A stretch of DNA of 59,511 nucleotides from Bacteroidota bacterium (GCA_947447155.1 CANFIN010000005.1:1-59511); one strand, 5' to 3'. Counted from the stretch's first letter, positions 40,031 to 49,299 are shown. Numbers and translations are program-made. Notes: generated by a model from the letters alone, not told the origin.

Positions 40031-40558
40031 CTAATCCAAAACAAAACTGTGTTTTGTGCCATAATCTTTTAATCGCTCCATTAAACGCTGACGAGCTACA
40101 TGAATTCTAATTTTTACCGTTCCTAGTGGAACATCTAAATGCTCTGCTATTTCTTCATATTTATAACCTTCGAAGCTCATCAAAAAAGGTGTTTTTAAAT
40201 TATCCGCTAACTCACCTATTGCGGTATTCAACTCTTTCATAACAAGGTTTCTTTCTCCTTCGTTTTTTGCGGTAAAGCTTGCTTGATTTATATAAAACTG
40301 CCCTTCTGTATCATCGGTAAAGATGTTTCCCTTTACCATTCTTCTATAGTTATTGATGAAGATGTTTTTCATGATGGTGTACAACCATCCTTTAAGGTTT
40401 GTTCCCTCTTCAAACTTATCTTTATTCTTGAAAGCCTTTAACATTGTCTCTTGAACCAGGTCATTAGCATCTTCATGATCTTGCGTCAATTTTAAGGCGT
40501 AGCCTCTTAACGGACTATAATGAAGATTTACTTTATGGGAAAATTCAAAGTTTGTCAT
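40031..40558 (-). CDS. ECF sigma-70 factor (LitS-like context)
   Basis: DANDLVQETMLKA, NLKGWLYTIMKNIFIN, GYKYEEIAEHLDVPLGTVKIRIH. Confidence 0.93.
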   Translation of the reverse strand: MTNFEFSHKVNLHYSPLRGYALKLTQDHEDANDLVQETMLKAFKNKDKFEEGTNLKGWLYTIMKNIFINNYRRMVKGNIFTDDTEGQFYINQASFTAKNEGERNLVMKELNTAIGELADNLKTPFLMSFEGYKYEEIAEHLDVPLGTVKIRIHVARQRLMERLKDYGTKHSFVLD

Positions 40559-40589
40559 TGTTTAAATGTTTTGATTAAAAGTTGAACAA
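40558..40589. promoter_or_regulatory. Operator-like dyad 1: TTGTTTAA-N16-TTGAACAA
   Basis: Half-sites at 40558-40565 and 40582-40589; overlaps the sigma start codon and -7 element. Confidence 0.7.
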
Positions 40590-40618
40590 ATATAGGATGA
40601 CATGCTTCAACATACAAA
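40587..40618 (-). promoter_or_regulatory. Full Bacteroidota promoter for the ECF sigma gene (-33 TTTG, N20, -7 TATATTTG)
   Basis: CAAA at 40615-40618 and CAAATATA at 40587-40594 on the + strand. Confidence 0.75.
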
Positions 40619-40622
40619 AGTT

Positions 40623-40654
40623 TTGTTTAATTTTTTTGTCATATTTTTAAACAA
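40623..40654. promoter_or_regulatory. Operator-like dyad 2: TTGTTTAA-N16-TTAAACAA
   Basis: Perfect inverted 8-mers at 40623-40630 and 40647-40654, just upstream of the sigma -33 element. Confidence 0.75.
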
Positions 40655-40756
40655 GATTAAAATACTGATTTTTAGCTAGGTAGCCTTCTATCTACTTACT
40701 TAAGAATAGCTTTAATGACAATTTGGGGTCATATCCTCCTACTGAGTAAGCCTTTT

Positions 40757-40788
40757 TTGTTTAATTATCAGTCCCCTTTTTTAAACAA
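40757..40788. promoter_or_regulatory. Operator-like dyad 3: TTGTTTAA-N16-TTAAACAA
   Basis: Perfect inverted 8-mers at 40757-40764 and 40781-40788, 36 nt upstream of folE. Confidence 0.75.
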
Positions 40789-40824
40789 TATGCAAAACAG
40801 CTTGTTATAACCTAAAATCATTAT

Positions 40825-41511
40825 ATGAGCGCATACCCCTTAAAAGTATCCAATATAAATCACGATGATTTATTGGTAGACGATATTATCCATCAATTCA
40901 ATGGAATAGCCAAAACACCATTACACAAGAATGCTTTTGAATTGAGTCCGGAACAAAAAATTGAAAAAATTGCAGCACACTTTAGCGAGATACTTCATAC
41001 ATTAGGCATGGACCTTACAGATGAAAGCATCAAAGACACGCCATTGCGCGTAGCCAAAATGTATGTAAACGAGACTTTCAAAGGGTTAATTCCAGATAAT
41101 GAGCCCTCAATAACCCAGTTTGCCAACGACTATCGCTATTCGCAAATGTTAGTTGAAAAGAGCATTACCGTTTTTTCTACGTGTGAGCATCACCTTGTTC
41201 CCATTCATGGTAAAGCACATGTTGCTTATTTTTCTTCAGGCAAAGTAATAGGACTATCAAAATTAAATCGACTAGTTGATTATTATTCTCGTCGCCCGCA
41301 GGTGCAAGAGCGGTTGACTATACAAATAGCTGACGCACTAAAAAGAGCATTAAACTCAAATGATGTTGCGGTTGTCATAGATGCGCATCATATGTGCGTA
41401 GCATCGCGAGGCATCAGAGACGTTAATAGCTCAACGGTTACTGCAGAATATTCTGGTAAGTTTTTAAATCCAGAAACAAGAAAAGAGTTTTTAGAATTTA
41501 TCCGCGGTTAA
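40825..41511 (+). CDS. folE: GTP cyclohydrolase I
   Basis: TPLRVAKMY, STCEHHLVP, GLSKLNR, RRPQVQERLT, HMCVASRG. Confidence 0.96.
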   Translation: MSAYPLKVSNINHDDLLVDDIIHQFNGIAKTPLHKNAFELSPEQKIEKIAAHFSEILHTLGMDLTDESIKDTPLRVAKMYVNETFKGLIPDNEPSITQFANDYRYSQMLVEKSITVFSTCEHHLVPIHGKAHVAYFSSGKVIGLSKLNRLVDYYSRRPQVQERLTIQIADALKRALNSNDVAVVIDAHHMCVASRGIRDVNSSTVTAEYSGKFLNPETRKEFLEFIRG

Positions 41512-42395
41512 GCGTTTAACACATTTAATAAAGAAGAAAGGTCTTGCATAGAAGTTAAGACCTTCACATTCGAAGGCAATTGAATATTAGCCTGCATCAT
41601 CTGAAATCCGCTTAAAAGAATTTTTGTATTCGGAAAATCGTTGGATAATTTCTTTGTTATAAAGAGTGGCGTTTGCGTTGGATGTGGTGCTGTCAAAACA
41701 GTCAAAATATAATCCGCTTTATATAATTGCATTACCGGACCTAAATCGTCAATTGGTAAATTAGGGCCAAGATAATTCGTATGATGGCCTTTTGAACGTA
41801 TCAGATAATTCGCGAACAACAATCCGATTTCATGTGGTTCGAATCCTGGAAGAAACAGCAAGAATTTTTTTCCACCTGATTTAAGATGTTTAGGCTGAGC
41901 ATCGGCCGCAACAAATAATTTCTGACGGATTAAATTCGTGATAAAATGCTCGTAAGCAGGGTTTATACTACCTGTTTGCCACAACATTCCCACTCTGCCA
42001 AAGAAAGGAAAAACTAAATCTAAAAAAGTATTTTCAAATCCATTTTTTAATGTGTACGCTGAAAGAATCTGTTCAAAAACTACTTCATCAAAATTAAACA
42101 TCGCAACAGTTAACGACTCAATCTGAACCACATGATCTCCTGATAACTGAGAAATATCCTGAACTATAGAAGATCTTTCATTATCACTCATACTAGTGAT
42201 TTTCGAAATCTTATAGCCATTTCGGTTAAGCGCCGAAACACTCAACAACAATTTAATATCCTCATCGTCGTAAAAACGAATATTCGTCGATGTGCGCTTG
42301 GGCTGTGGAATACCATACCGCTGCTCCCAAATACGCAGTGTATGGGATTTTATACCCGTTAAAACCTCTACATCTTTTATCGAAAACTGGTTCAT
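41508..42395 (-). CDS. MerR-family regulator with B12-binding domain (CarH/LitR-type photoreceptor)
   Basis: MerR HTH with TLRIWEQRY; W-x9-EH (WQTGSINPAYEH); ExHxxG (EPHEIG); YLGPNLP. Confidence 0.88.
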   Translation of the reverse strand: MNQFSIKDVEVLTGIKSHTLRIWEQRYGIPQPKRTSTNIRFYDDEDIKLLLSVSALNRNGYKISKITSMSDNERSSIVQDISQLSGDHVVQIESLTVAMFNFDEVVFEQILSAYTLKNGFENTFLDLVFPFFGRVGMLWQTGSINPAYEHFITNLIRQKLFVAADAQPKHLKSGGKKFLLFLPGFEPHEIGLLFANYLIRSKGHHTNYLGPNLPIDDLGPVMQLYKADYILTVLTAPHPTQTPLFITKKLSNDFPNTKILLSGFQMMQANIQLPSNVKVLTSMQDLSSLLNVLNA

Positions 42396-42443
42396 GATTT
42401 TAATTATTCCAACTCAATTACTGTTGTCTACTTCAATAACAAC

Positions 42444-42782
42444 CTATTTGGAATAAAGTTTTCGTAATATAACTTTTATTAACTCACGTTTTACAACCAG
42501 AGCAGTTAAAGCAGGTATATCTGAACAAGGTCCTCTTTCAGGGTAATGATGTTCTGGGATATCTATCTGATAAAGTAGTGATGCGAGCCTTGAGTTCTCT
42601 TCTTTACACCATTGTTTTAAATACGGCTCGATGTGCATTTGCAAATGTATTATCCCGGTGAGCTGCATAACATCAAATTCAACTTGAAAACCCATGCGTT
42701 CACAATCTCTGATAAATTGCTGCGCAGTCAGTCGAATAAATTCGAGATCATTTCTATATTTATCAAGTTGTTGCTCATCCAT
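42444..42782 (-). CDS. Conserved hypothetical protein
   Basis: 112 aa; LLYQIDIPE...KRELIKVILR motif; upstream of and co-oriented with the MerR gene. Confidence 0.75.
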   Translation of the reverse strand: MDEQQLDKYRNDLEFIRLTAQQFIRDCERMGFQVEFDVMQLTGIIHLQMHIEPYLKQWCKEENSRLASLLYQIDIPEHHYPERGPCSDIPALTALVVKRELIKVILRKLYSK

Positions 42783-42786
42783 AATT

Positions 42787-43788
42787 ATGCATTACAAAAA
42801 TAATTTTATTCCTTCACTATCATTTAGCTTTTTGCTATTTATAATGCAAACATTTATCAGCTCTTCTACAAATGCACAAGGATATTATAGACCGCATCCG
42901 TTTTTATCTCCAATGTGGCAAATTGAAGGTGAATATATACCAGCATCGCAAATAAAAGATTCTACAGTATCTAATGGCTATACCGGCGCTAACTTCGCTT
43001 TACGAGTTCCTGTTTGGAAGAAGAAAGACTGGCTTGATGCAAGCGGAGGGAAACCTTTCATCGCAATTCTAACACACTACGGATTAAGTGCACGCAGATC
43101 ACAAATTGATTTCTTTCAACCAAATCAGAACTTTACAGTATCTAAGTTTGGCGTTTCAGGCGTAATGGCAAAAGGACTACGAAATTTATATTTGATGCAA
43201 GGATTTGTGAGTATGCCTACCTCCGATTTTTCATTTCAACTAAATCACATGCGTTACCATGCAACTGGATTATGGCGACACTTATACCAAAATAATAAAT
43301 GGTGGCACACATTGGGAATTACATACTCTCCAATTTTTGGTAAAGACTATATTTTGCCCATCGCTGGTGCGGGTGTTCAACTTTCCAATGAGAATCAATT
43401 GCAATTTACATTTCCGTTTAATATGACATATACGCATATGTTCACTCGAAAATTCAGCTTAAGCTTGAAATTAAATAATTCTGGAGGGTATAACTTTTTT
43501 ACTTCGGATAGCATCAATAATAACGAATGGAGTATCTATCGCTTTAACTATAAACGTGGAAGTGTTTTAATCAGATACTATACAGATCGATTTGTAGTTT
43601 TTACTTTAGAAGGAGGTGCTACTAGTTGGGCCAATTTAGAAATAAATGATATCACATATCAACAACATCCATCATTTTATGTAAAAATGGGTTTTCAAAT
43701 TCGATTTGGTAAACGACCACCAGCGGCTCCGATATTGAATTTTGATCCAGGCGAATCAGGTTTCGACCCGAATTACATTGTTGAATAA
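42787..43788 (+). CDS. Outer-membrane beta-barrel protein (DUF6268-like)
   Basis: Start moved to ATG 42787 to avoid overlap; signal-like segment ending TNA/Q; aromatic-rich amphipathic strands (LGITYS..FG...LPIAG, FTFP). Confidence 0.65.
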   Translation: MHYKNNFIPSLSFSFLLFIMQTFISSSTNAQGYYRPHPFLSPMWQIEGEYIPASQIKDSTVSNGYTGANFALRVPVWKKKDWLDASGGKPFIAILTHYGLSARRSQIDFFQPNQNFTVSKFGVSGVMAKGLRNLYLMQGFVSMPTSDFSFQLNHMRYHATGLWRHLYQNNKWWHTLGITYSPIFGKDYILPIAGAGVQLSNENQLQFTFPFNMTYTHMFTRKFSLSLKLNNSGGYNFFTSDSINNNEWSIYRFNYKRGSVLIRYYTDRFVVFTLEGGATSWANLEINDITYQQHPSFYVKMGFQIRFGKRPPAAPILNFDPGESGFDPNYIVE

Positions 43789-44034
43789 ACTATTTAGGAT
43801 AGAGGTTGTTTTGATTTGATTATTTGATTTCGCCTAGAAATATTGGGATACTTTAGAAATTAAAATCACAAAAAACAATAAAACAGGGGACCTCCTAGGC
43901 CCCTCCCACTATAAATTTAATAGTTAAAAAAATACAAGCCAACTATATTTAAATCTTAAACGTTTGTTGTCGGATATTCAAATCTAAAATCTAAGAATGA
44001 ACGACTTAATTTCTTAACAAATCACAATATATTG

Positions 44035-44928
44035 ATGAAAAATATTCTAATAGCAGGAGGCAGCGGTTTAGTTGGAAAGCAACTTTCAAATCTTCTTTTA
44101 CAAAATGGTTATGAGGTTGCTTGGCTTTCTAGAAGTAATAATCAATCACAATCTTTTCCTTCCTATAAGTGGGACCCTGAAGCAGGGATAATAGATCTTC
44201 AAGCTATCGCCTTTGCTGATGTGATAATTGTTTTATCTGGAGAAAATATTGCCGCTGAAAGATGGACAGATAAGTTCAAGAAAAAAATTATAACCAGTCG
44301 ACTGCAAGCTGCCGCAACAATAAACAACGCAATTAAAAATCATCCCAATCATGTTACACATGTAATTGCTGCCTCAGCAATTGGTTTTTATGGAGATCAT
44401 TATGACACCTTACTTGATGAAGTGAGTGAAAAAGGAAAAGGTTTTTTATCAGACACCACCCAACAATGGGAAAATGCATACTCTGATTTTACAGTTCCAG
44501 TTAGCAACATTCGCATTGGTGTAGTGCTATCAAAATTAGGAGGCGCCTTAGTTGAAATGTCACTTCCCGTTAAATGGGGTATCGCATCCCCGTTAGGAAG
44601 CGGAAAACAATTTATCAGCTGGATCCATATTGATGATCTCGCAGGTATATTTATGCATGTAATACAGAATCAACTGACTGGTAAATACAATGCCGTTGCA
44701 ACAAATCCAGTTACAAACGAAGAGTTTACTAGACAACTAAAACATTCTTTGTGTAAAAACGCAATCAGTATCCCAACTCCTACATGGGCATTGAAAATAT
44801 TACTCGGAGAAAAATGTGCAATTGTACTTGATTCTTCTCGTGTATCTAACAAAAAAATAATTGATTCAGGATTTACTTTTAAATTCGAATTCCTTGAACA
44901 AGCCTTAAAAAACTTTTATGGAAAATAA
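44035..44928 (+). CDS. TIGR01777 family NAD-dependent epimerase/oxidoreductase
   Basis: ILIAGGSGLVG, LSGENIA..RW, SAIGFYG, RIGVVL...GGAL, LGSGKQFISWIHIDDL, F.FKF..LEQAL. Confidence 0.92.
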   Translation: MKNILIAGGSGLVGKQLSNLLLQNGYEVAWLSRSNNQSQSFPSYKWDPEAGIIDLQAIAFADVIIVLSGENIAAERWTDKFKKKIITSRLQAAATINNAIKNHPNHVTHVIAASAIGFYGDHYDTLLDEVSEKGKGFLSDTTQQWENAYSDFTVPVSNIRIGVVLSKLGGALVEMSLPVKWGIASPLGSGKQFISWIHIDDLAGIFMHVIQNQLTGKYNAVATNPVTNEEFTRQLKHSLCKNAISIPTPTWALKILLGEKCAIVLDSSRVSNKKIIDSGFTFKFEFLEQALKNFYGK

Positions 44929-46231
44929 ACAACAAATTGCTATTCATTGGTTTCGTCGAGATTTAAGATTGCATGATAACAATGCTTTATTTAATGCGCT
45001 TAAAAGTAACATCCCCGTGTTGCCTATATTTATTTTTGATACGCACATATTAGATAAACTTGAAAACAAACAAGACGCAAGAGTTGAATTTATTTATAAT
45101 TCACTTCTTTCCATTCATGAACAACTTCAAAAGATAAAATCAGGCTTAAAAATATTATATGGTAACCCCCTTGATTGCTGGAGAAAGTTGATTGAAGAAT
45201 ATGATATTAATTGTGTATTTACAAATCACGATTATGAACCCTATGCAATAAATCGTGATAAAGAAATTGAGTCACTTCTAAGTAAAAAAAATATCTCATT
45301 TAAGACCTATAAAGACCAGGTGATTTTTGAAAAATCAGAAGTGGTGAAAGATGATGGAAAGCCATACACTGTGTATACTCCTTATAGTAGAAAATGGATG
45401 AGTCGTTTGAATGCAGAAGGTATTCCAAGTTATGATTCAAAATCGCTATTAAATAATTTTTATCAAACAACAATAAATTTTCCTTCACTAAAATCTATCG
45501 GATTTAAAAAAAGCGATTTAATATTTCCATCGGATCATTGCGCCGATGAAATCATTCAAAAATACGCGGACCAACGCGATATTCCGGGAATTAATGGAAC
45601 CAGTCGTTTAGGAATTCATTTGCGTTTCGGAACTATTTCTATTCGTGATATGGCACGAAAAGCGAAATATTTAAGTGATAGCTGGCTCAACGAATTATGC
45701 TGGCGAGAATTTTATATGATGATTCTTTGGCATTTTCCACATGTTATCGAAGGGGCATTTAAACCTTTGTATAATTCAATTAAATGGAGAAACAACGAGG
45801 AAGAATTTAATGCATGGTGCGAAGGAAGAACCGGATACCCCATTGTGGATGCTGGTATGCGTGAATTAAACACCTCAGGGTATATGCATAACCGTGTGCG
45901 TATGGTTGTTGCAAGTTTTCTAACTAAACATTTGCTTATCGACTGGCGATGGGGAGAAGCTTATTTTGCTTCTAAACTCCTCGACTTTGACTTATCAGCT
46001 AACAACGGCGGTTGGCAATGGGCTGCAGGAAGCGGCTGCGATGCAGCGCCCTATTTCAGAATTTTTAATCCGTACGAGCAAACAAAAAAGTTTGATAGCG
46101 ATTTAAAATACATTCGTAAATGGGTACCCGAGTTTCAGGACTTCAGCTATCCGCAACCGATAGTAGACCATAAAATAGCCAGGGAGAGATGCCTTGTTAC
46201 TTATAAAATTGGATTAAATCGAGAATTATGA
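44918..46231 (+). CDS. phrB: Deoxyribodipyrimidine photolyase (class I CPD type)
   Basis: WFRRDLRLHDN, ELCWREFY, GRTGYPIVDAGMREL, MHNRVRM, LLDFDLSANNGGWQW, PYFRIFNP. Confidence 0.94.
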   Translation: MENKQQIAIHWFRRDLRLHDNNALFNALKSNIPVLPIFIFDTHILDKLENKQDARVEFIYNSLLSIHEQLQKIKSGLKILYGNPLDCWRKLIEEYDINCVFTNHDYEPYAINRDKEIESLLSKKNISFKTYKDQVIFEKSEVVKDDGKPYTVYTPYSRKWMSRLNAEGIPSYDSKSLLNNFYQTTINFPSLKSIGFKKSDLIFPSDHCADEIIQKYADQRDIPGINGTSRLGIHLRFGTISIRDMARKAKYLSDSWLNELCWREFYMMILWHFPHVIEGAFKPLYNSIKWRNNEEEFNAWCEGRTGYPIVDAGMRELNTSGYMHNRVRMVVASFLTKHLLIDWRWGEAYFASKLLDFDLSANNGGWQWAAGSGCDAAPYFRIFNPYEQTKKFDSDLKYIRKWVPEFQDFSYPQPIVDHKIARERCLVTYKIGLNREL

Positions 46232-46900
46232 ACGAATAACTTCTCCATCTTTTAATTCGATAATTCTATCACTTTTACTGGCAAAATCCTCGTCGTGTGT
46301 TACAGCAATTATTGTTTGACCATATGACCTTGAGAGTTCTTGAAAAATATCAAATACAATTTTAGTATTCTTACTATCCAGATTTCCTGTTGGCTCATCG
46401 CCCATAATAATTAATGGATCATTTATTAACGCACGAGCAATTGCAACTCGCTGTTGCTGACCACCAGATAGCTTACTTGATAATTTTAAAGCCTGATCAG
46501 ACAAGCCTAAAACTTCCAATTTGCTATAGGCTTTTTCTTCAATCTCTTTGTAATCCAACTTTCCTAACTTCAATGCTGGGAGCATAACATTTTGCAAACA
46601 AGTAAAATCACTTAACAAATAATGAAATTGAAATACAAATCCTATTTTTTCATTTCTTAAACCAGCCAATTGATCTTTTGTTAATTCACCTGTTTGTTGC
46701 CCATCAATTATTAATTGCCCTTGAAAATCAGTATCCATAGTCGAGAGTACATATAGCAGTGTGGACTTACCACACCCAGACTTACCGACAAGAGTAGTAA
46801 ATTCTCCTTTGTTTACATCAAATGAAATGTTCTTTAACACCTGAAAATCTACAGGGTCAATAAATTTTTTTGAAATTGACTTCGCTTCTAGAATCTTCAT
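46226..46900 (-). CDS. ABC transporter ATP-binding protein (MacB/LolD-like)
   Basis: [43 protein letters not shown]. Confidence 0.92.
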   Translation of the reverse strand: MKILEAKSISKKFIDPVDFQVLKNISFDVNKGEFTTLVGKSGCGKSTLLYVLSTMDTDFQGQLIIDGQQTGELTKDQLAGLRNEKIGFVFQFHYLLSDFTCLQNVMLPALKLGKLDYKEIEEKAYSKLEVLGLSDQALKLSSKLSGGQQQRVAIARALINDPLIIMGDEPTGNLDSKNTKIVFDIFQELSRSYGQTIIAVTHDEDFASKSDRIIELKDGEVIRS

Positions 46901-46904
46901 CAAA

Positions 46905-48128
46905 CTATTTTCTAAAAATTTCTACTGGATCAATATTGGCAGCTTTTTTTGCTGGGATATAACCAGCGAAAAATGTAATAATCATTCCCACAAAAATACC
47001 TTGCAAATACTTTGTTGGCTCATAGGTTATCGGAAAATATCCTATATCTCCTCCAATATAAACACGCTGTAAAATGGTTATTATTATTGTGGCCATTATC
47101 ATTCCACCTACAACTCCCATAATACCAACAGTTACAGCTTGCGTTACAAATATGCGAATCACATCTTTACCCTTAAATCCCATTGCTTTTAAGATGGCAA
47201 TGTCGTTTATTTTTTGAGTAATGGTCATGTTAAGGATATTATAAATTCCAAAACCTGCAACCAGTAAAATAGTAGTAGAAACAAAAGTAATAATTATCTT
47301 ACGCATGCGCTGCGCAGCCATTAATGTTTCATTGGCCTTCTCCCAGCCTTCCGCTTTATAACCAGTGCTTGCAGCAATCTGTGTTGCAATATTTTCTGCA
47401 TCATCAGGATTAGAAATATTTACATTAATATCAGTTACATAAACATTACTTTCTATTAATAATTGTTGGGCTGCTAAAATATTTACATACGACTTACTTT
47501 TATCAATTATACTATTACTCGTTTTAAAAACACCTACAATTTTAAATGCTTTATTAACTCCTTTTGACGAAGTAATATTTACATAATCGTTAACTCGTAA
47601 ACTCATTTTTTCAGAAACCCCACTGCCTATTAAAATTCCATTTGGGTTTCCTTTTAGTGCCTGTATACTGCCTTCAACAATTGTAGATGATATTGCATAC
47701 ATTCGATCTGCTTCCTCTGGATTTATACCTGAACAAATTCCTGTGATTTGCGATTTCCCACTATTATAAAAGATATTTGTATTAACCTGCGCGGTCACAA
47801 TTTGCACTTCCTTCATTGTGCGAATAGAAGAAATTACCTGTGCAGGATTTATGATCGTATTTTTGGCAGGTACAATCTTTGGATTTATCAATAGCATTTG
47901 TTTTCCATTGCTGCTTATCAAAGGCTTGCTTATTTCATCATCCTTATAAACACGAATATGTGGAGTAGTTTTAAAAATTGATTTGCTTGAAGACTTATCA
48001 AAACCCAGCAACATCGAATTCATAAAAATGTAAATCGACATTCCAAGAACAACTCCTGCTACAGCGACTCCAGTAAGCTTCTTATTAGTAACGATATATG
48101 TTTTGGCAATCTGTGTATTTATATTCAC
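46905..48128 (-). CDS. ABC transporter permease, FtsX/MacB/LolE family
   Basis: N-terminal TM, large periplasmic domain, GIYNILNM...DIAILKAMGF, YIPAKKAANIDPVEIFR. GTG start. Confidence 0.9.
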   Translation of the reverse strand: MNINTQIAKTYIVTNKKLTGVAVAGVVLGMSIYIFMNSMLLGFDKSSSKSIFKTTPHIRVYKDDEISKPLISSNGKQMLLINPKIVPAKNTIINPAQVISSIRTMKEVQIVTAQVNTNIFYNSGKSQITGICSGINPEEADRMYAISSTIVEGSIQALKGNPNGILIGSGVSEKMSLRVNDYVNITSSKGVNKAFKIVGVFKTSNSIIDKSKSYVNILAAQQLLIESNVYVTDINVNISNPDDAENIATQIAASTGYKAEGWEKANETLMAAQRMRKIIITFVSTTILLVAGFGIYNILNMTITQKINDIAILKAMGFKGKDVIRIFVTQAVTVGIMGVVGGMIMATIIITILQRVYIGGDIGYFPITYEPTKYLQGIFVGMIITFFAGYIPAKKAANIDPVEIFRK

Positions 48129-48131
48129 AGC

Positions 48132-49229
48132 TTATGGTTTAATAGGTAATAAAATATCATCTTTAGTTACCCCATCTAATACTTCAACATAATCGTTTGA
48201 TATAATACCAGTTTTAATTATTGTAGGGTCGCTCTTACCCTTAACATTAACTTTATTTCCGTATGCCACATATAATTTCGGAATTATCAATGCATCTTTT
48301 TTAGTGCCGACAATAATATTTGCTTCCAGTTGCGCACCATAATAAGACTGAGGCAGACTATCATTCATTTTTATTTTGCAGATATACGATTGCGTTAGTA
48401 AATCAAATGAAGGAAGAACTTCTGAAATAGCTCCATTAATTATTTTTCCTTTGTTGGTATTTAGCTGAACATACACTTTCTGACCTACAGCTACTTTAGC
48501 AATACTGTTTTCGTCAACATTTACCACAGCCTCTATACTTTCTTTGTTAGCAATAATAGCAACTACCTCTCCACGACGAACATAGTCGCCTTTGTTTTTA
48601 AATTTCTTTATTATAGTTCCTGATTGCAAAGATTGAATCTTGTTAAAATCGGTTGCAACTAAACTATTTTGTAATTGTCCTTTGCTAATAATTTGCTGCT
48701 GTTTAGCTTGAAGTAAAATAGCGTTGTACTGATTCTTTAACGACATCCAGCTTGAATAAGAATTCTTCTCTGCTAATTGTGCATTCTCCATTGCTACTTT
48801 AGATGTGCTTTGTTGGGCATATAAAATTTCATATCGACGAGCCTGCAATGAATCCTGACGGTATTTATTTTCGGCTGAGCGGATATTTTCTTTAATCTGC
48901 AATAACTGAGGAGAATTAGTAGAAACATTTTCATCTGCAATTAGAAGCTGATCTTTGGCAACAGAAGAATTAACTTCGTTCGTATGATTATCTATTGTCG
49001 CTAATAACTGCCCCGCCTGTACGAAAACACCTTCTTCAAGTGCGGAACTAATTAAGACCCCTTCAGTTTGAGCCGTAACATTATATGCATCTTTCCAATC
49101 AATATTTCCACTTGCAAAAACAAGCTCTTCAACATCCTTAATTTGCGGTTTAACTTCTTGATTACTACATGCACAATAAAAACAAATAATAAAAACAAAG
49201 TACTTCAATTGATTTTTTCGGTTAGACAT
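48132..49229 (-). CDS. Efflux periplasmic adaptor (MacA/HlyD-like membrane fusion protein)
   Basis: Lipoprotein-like N-terminus (YCACS); biotinyl-like halves (GVFVQAGQLL, GDYVRRGEVV); coiled coil; VDENSIAKVAVGQ. -7 TAATTTTG at 49255-49262. Confidence 0.88.
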   Translation of the reverse strand: MSNRKNQLKYFVFIICFYCACSNQEVKPQIKDVEELVFASGNIDWKDAYNVTAQTEGVLISSALEEGVFVQAGQLLATIDNHTNEVNSSVAKDQLLIADENVSTNSPQLLQIKENIRSAENKYRQDSLQARRYEILYAQQSTSKVAMENAQLAEKNSYSSWMSLKNQYNAILLQAKQQQIISKGQLQNSLVATDFNKIQSLQSGTIIKKFKNKGDYVRRGEVVAIIANKESIEAVVNVDENSIAKVAVGQKVYVQLNTNKGKIINGAISEVLPSFDLLTQSYICKIKMNDSLPQSYYGAQLEANIIVGTKKDALIIPKLYVAYGNKVNVKGKSDPTIIKTGIISNDYVEVLDGVTKDDILLPIKP

Positions 49230-49299
49230 GTTGTAATATTATAAGTATCATTTTCAAAATTAAATAATGTTCAACAACAAGATGCTGATATAACTCAAC

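Noticed and set aside
42694-42786. Upstream start for the barrel gene at 42694
   Set aside because: It lies antisense within the 112-aa gene and adds a non-signal-like sequence.
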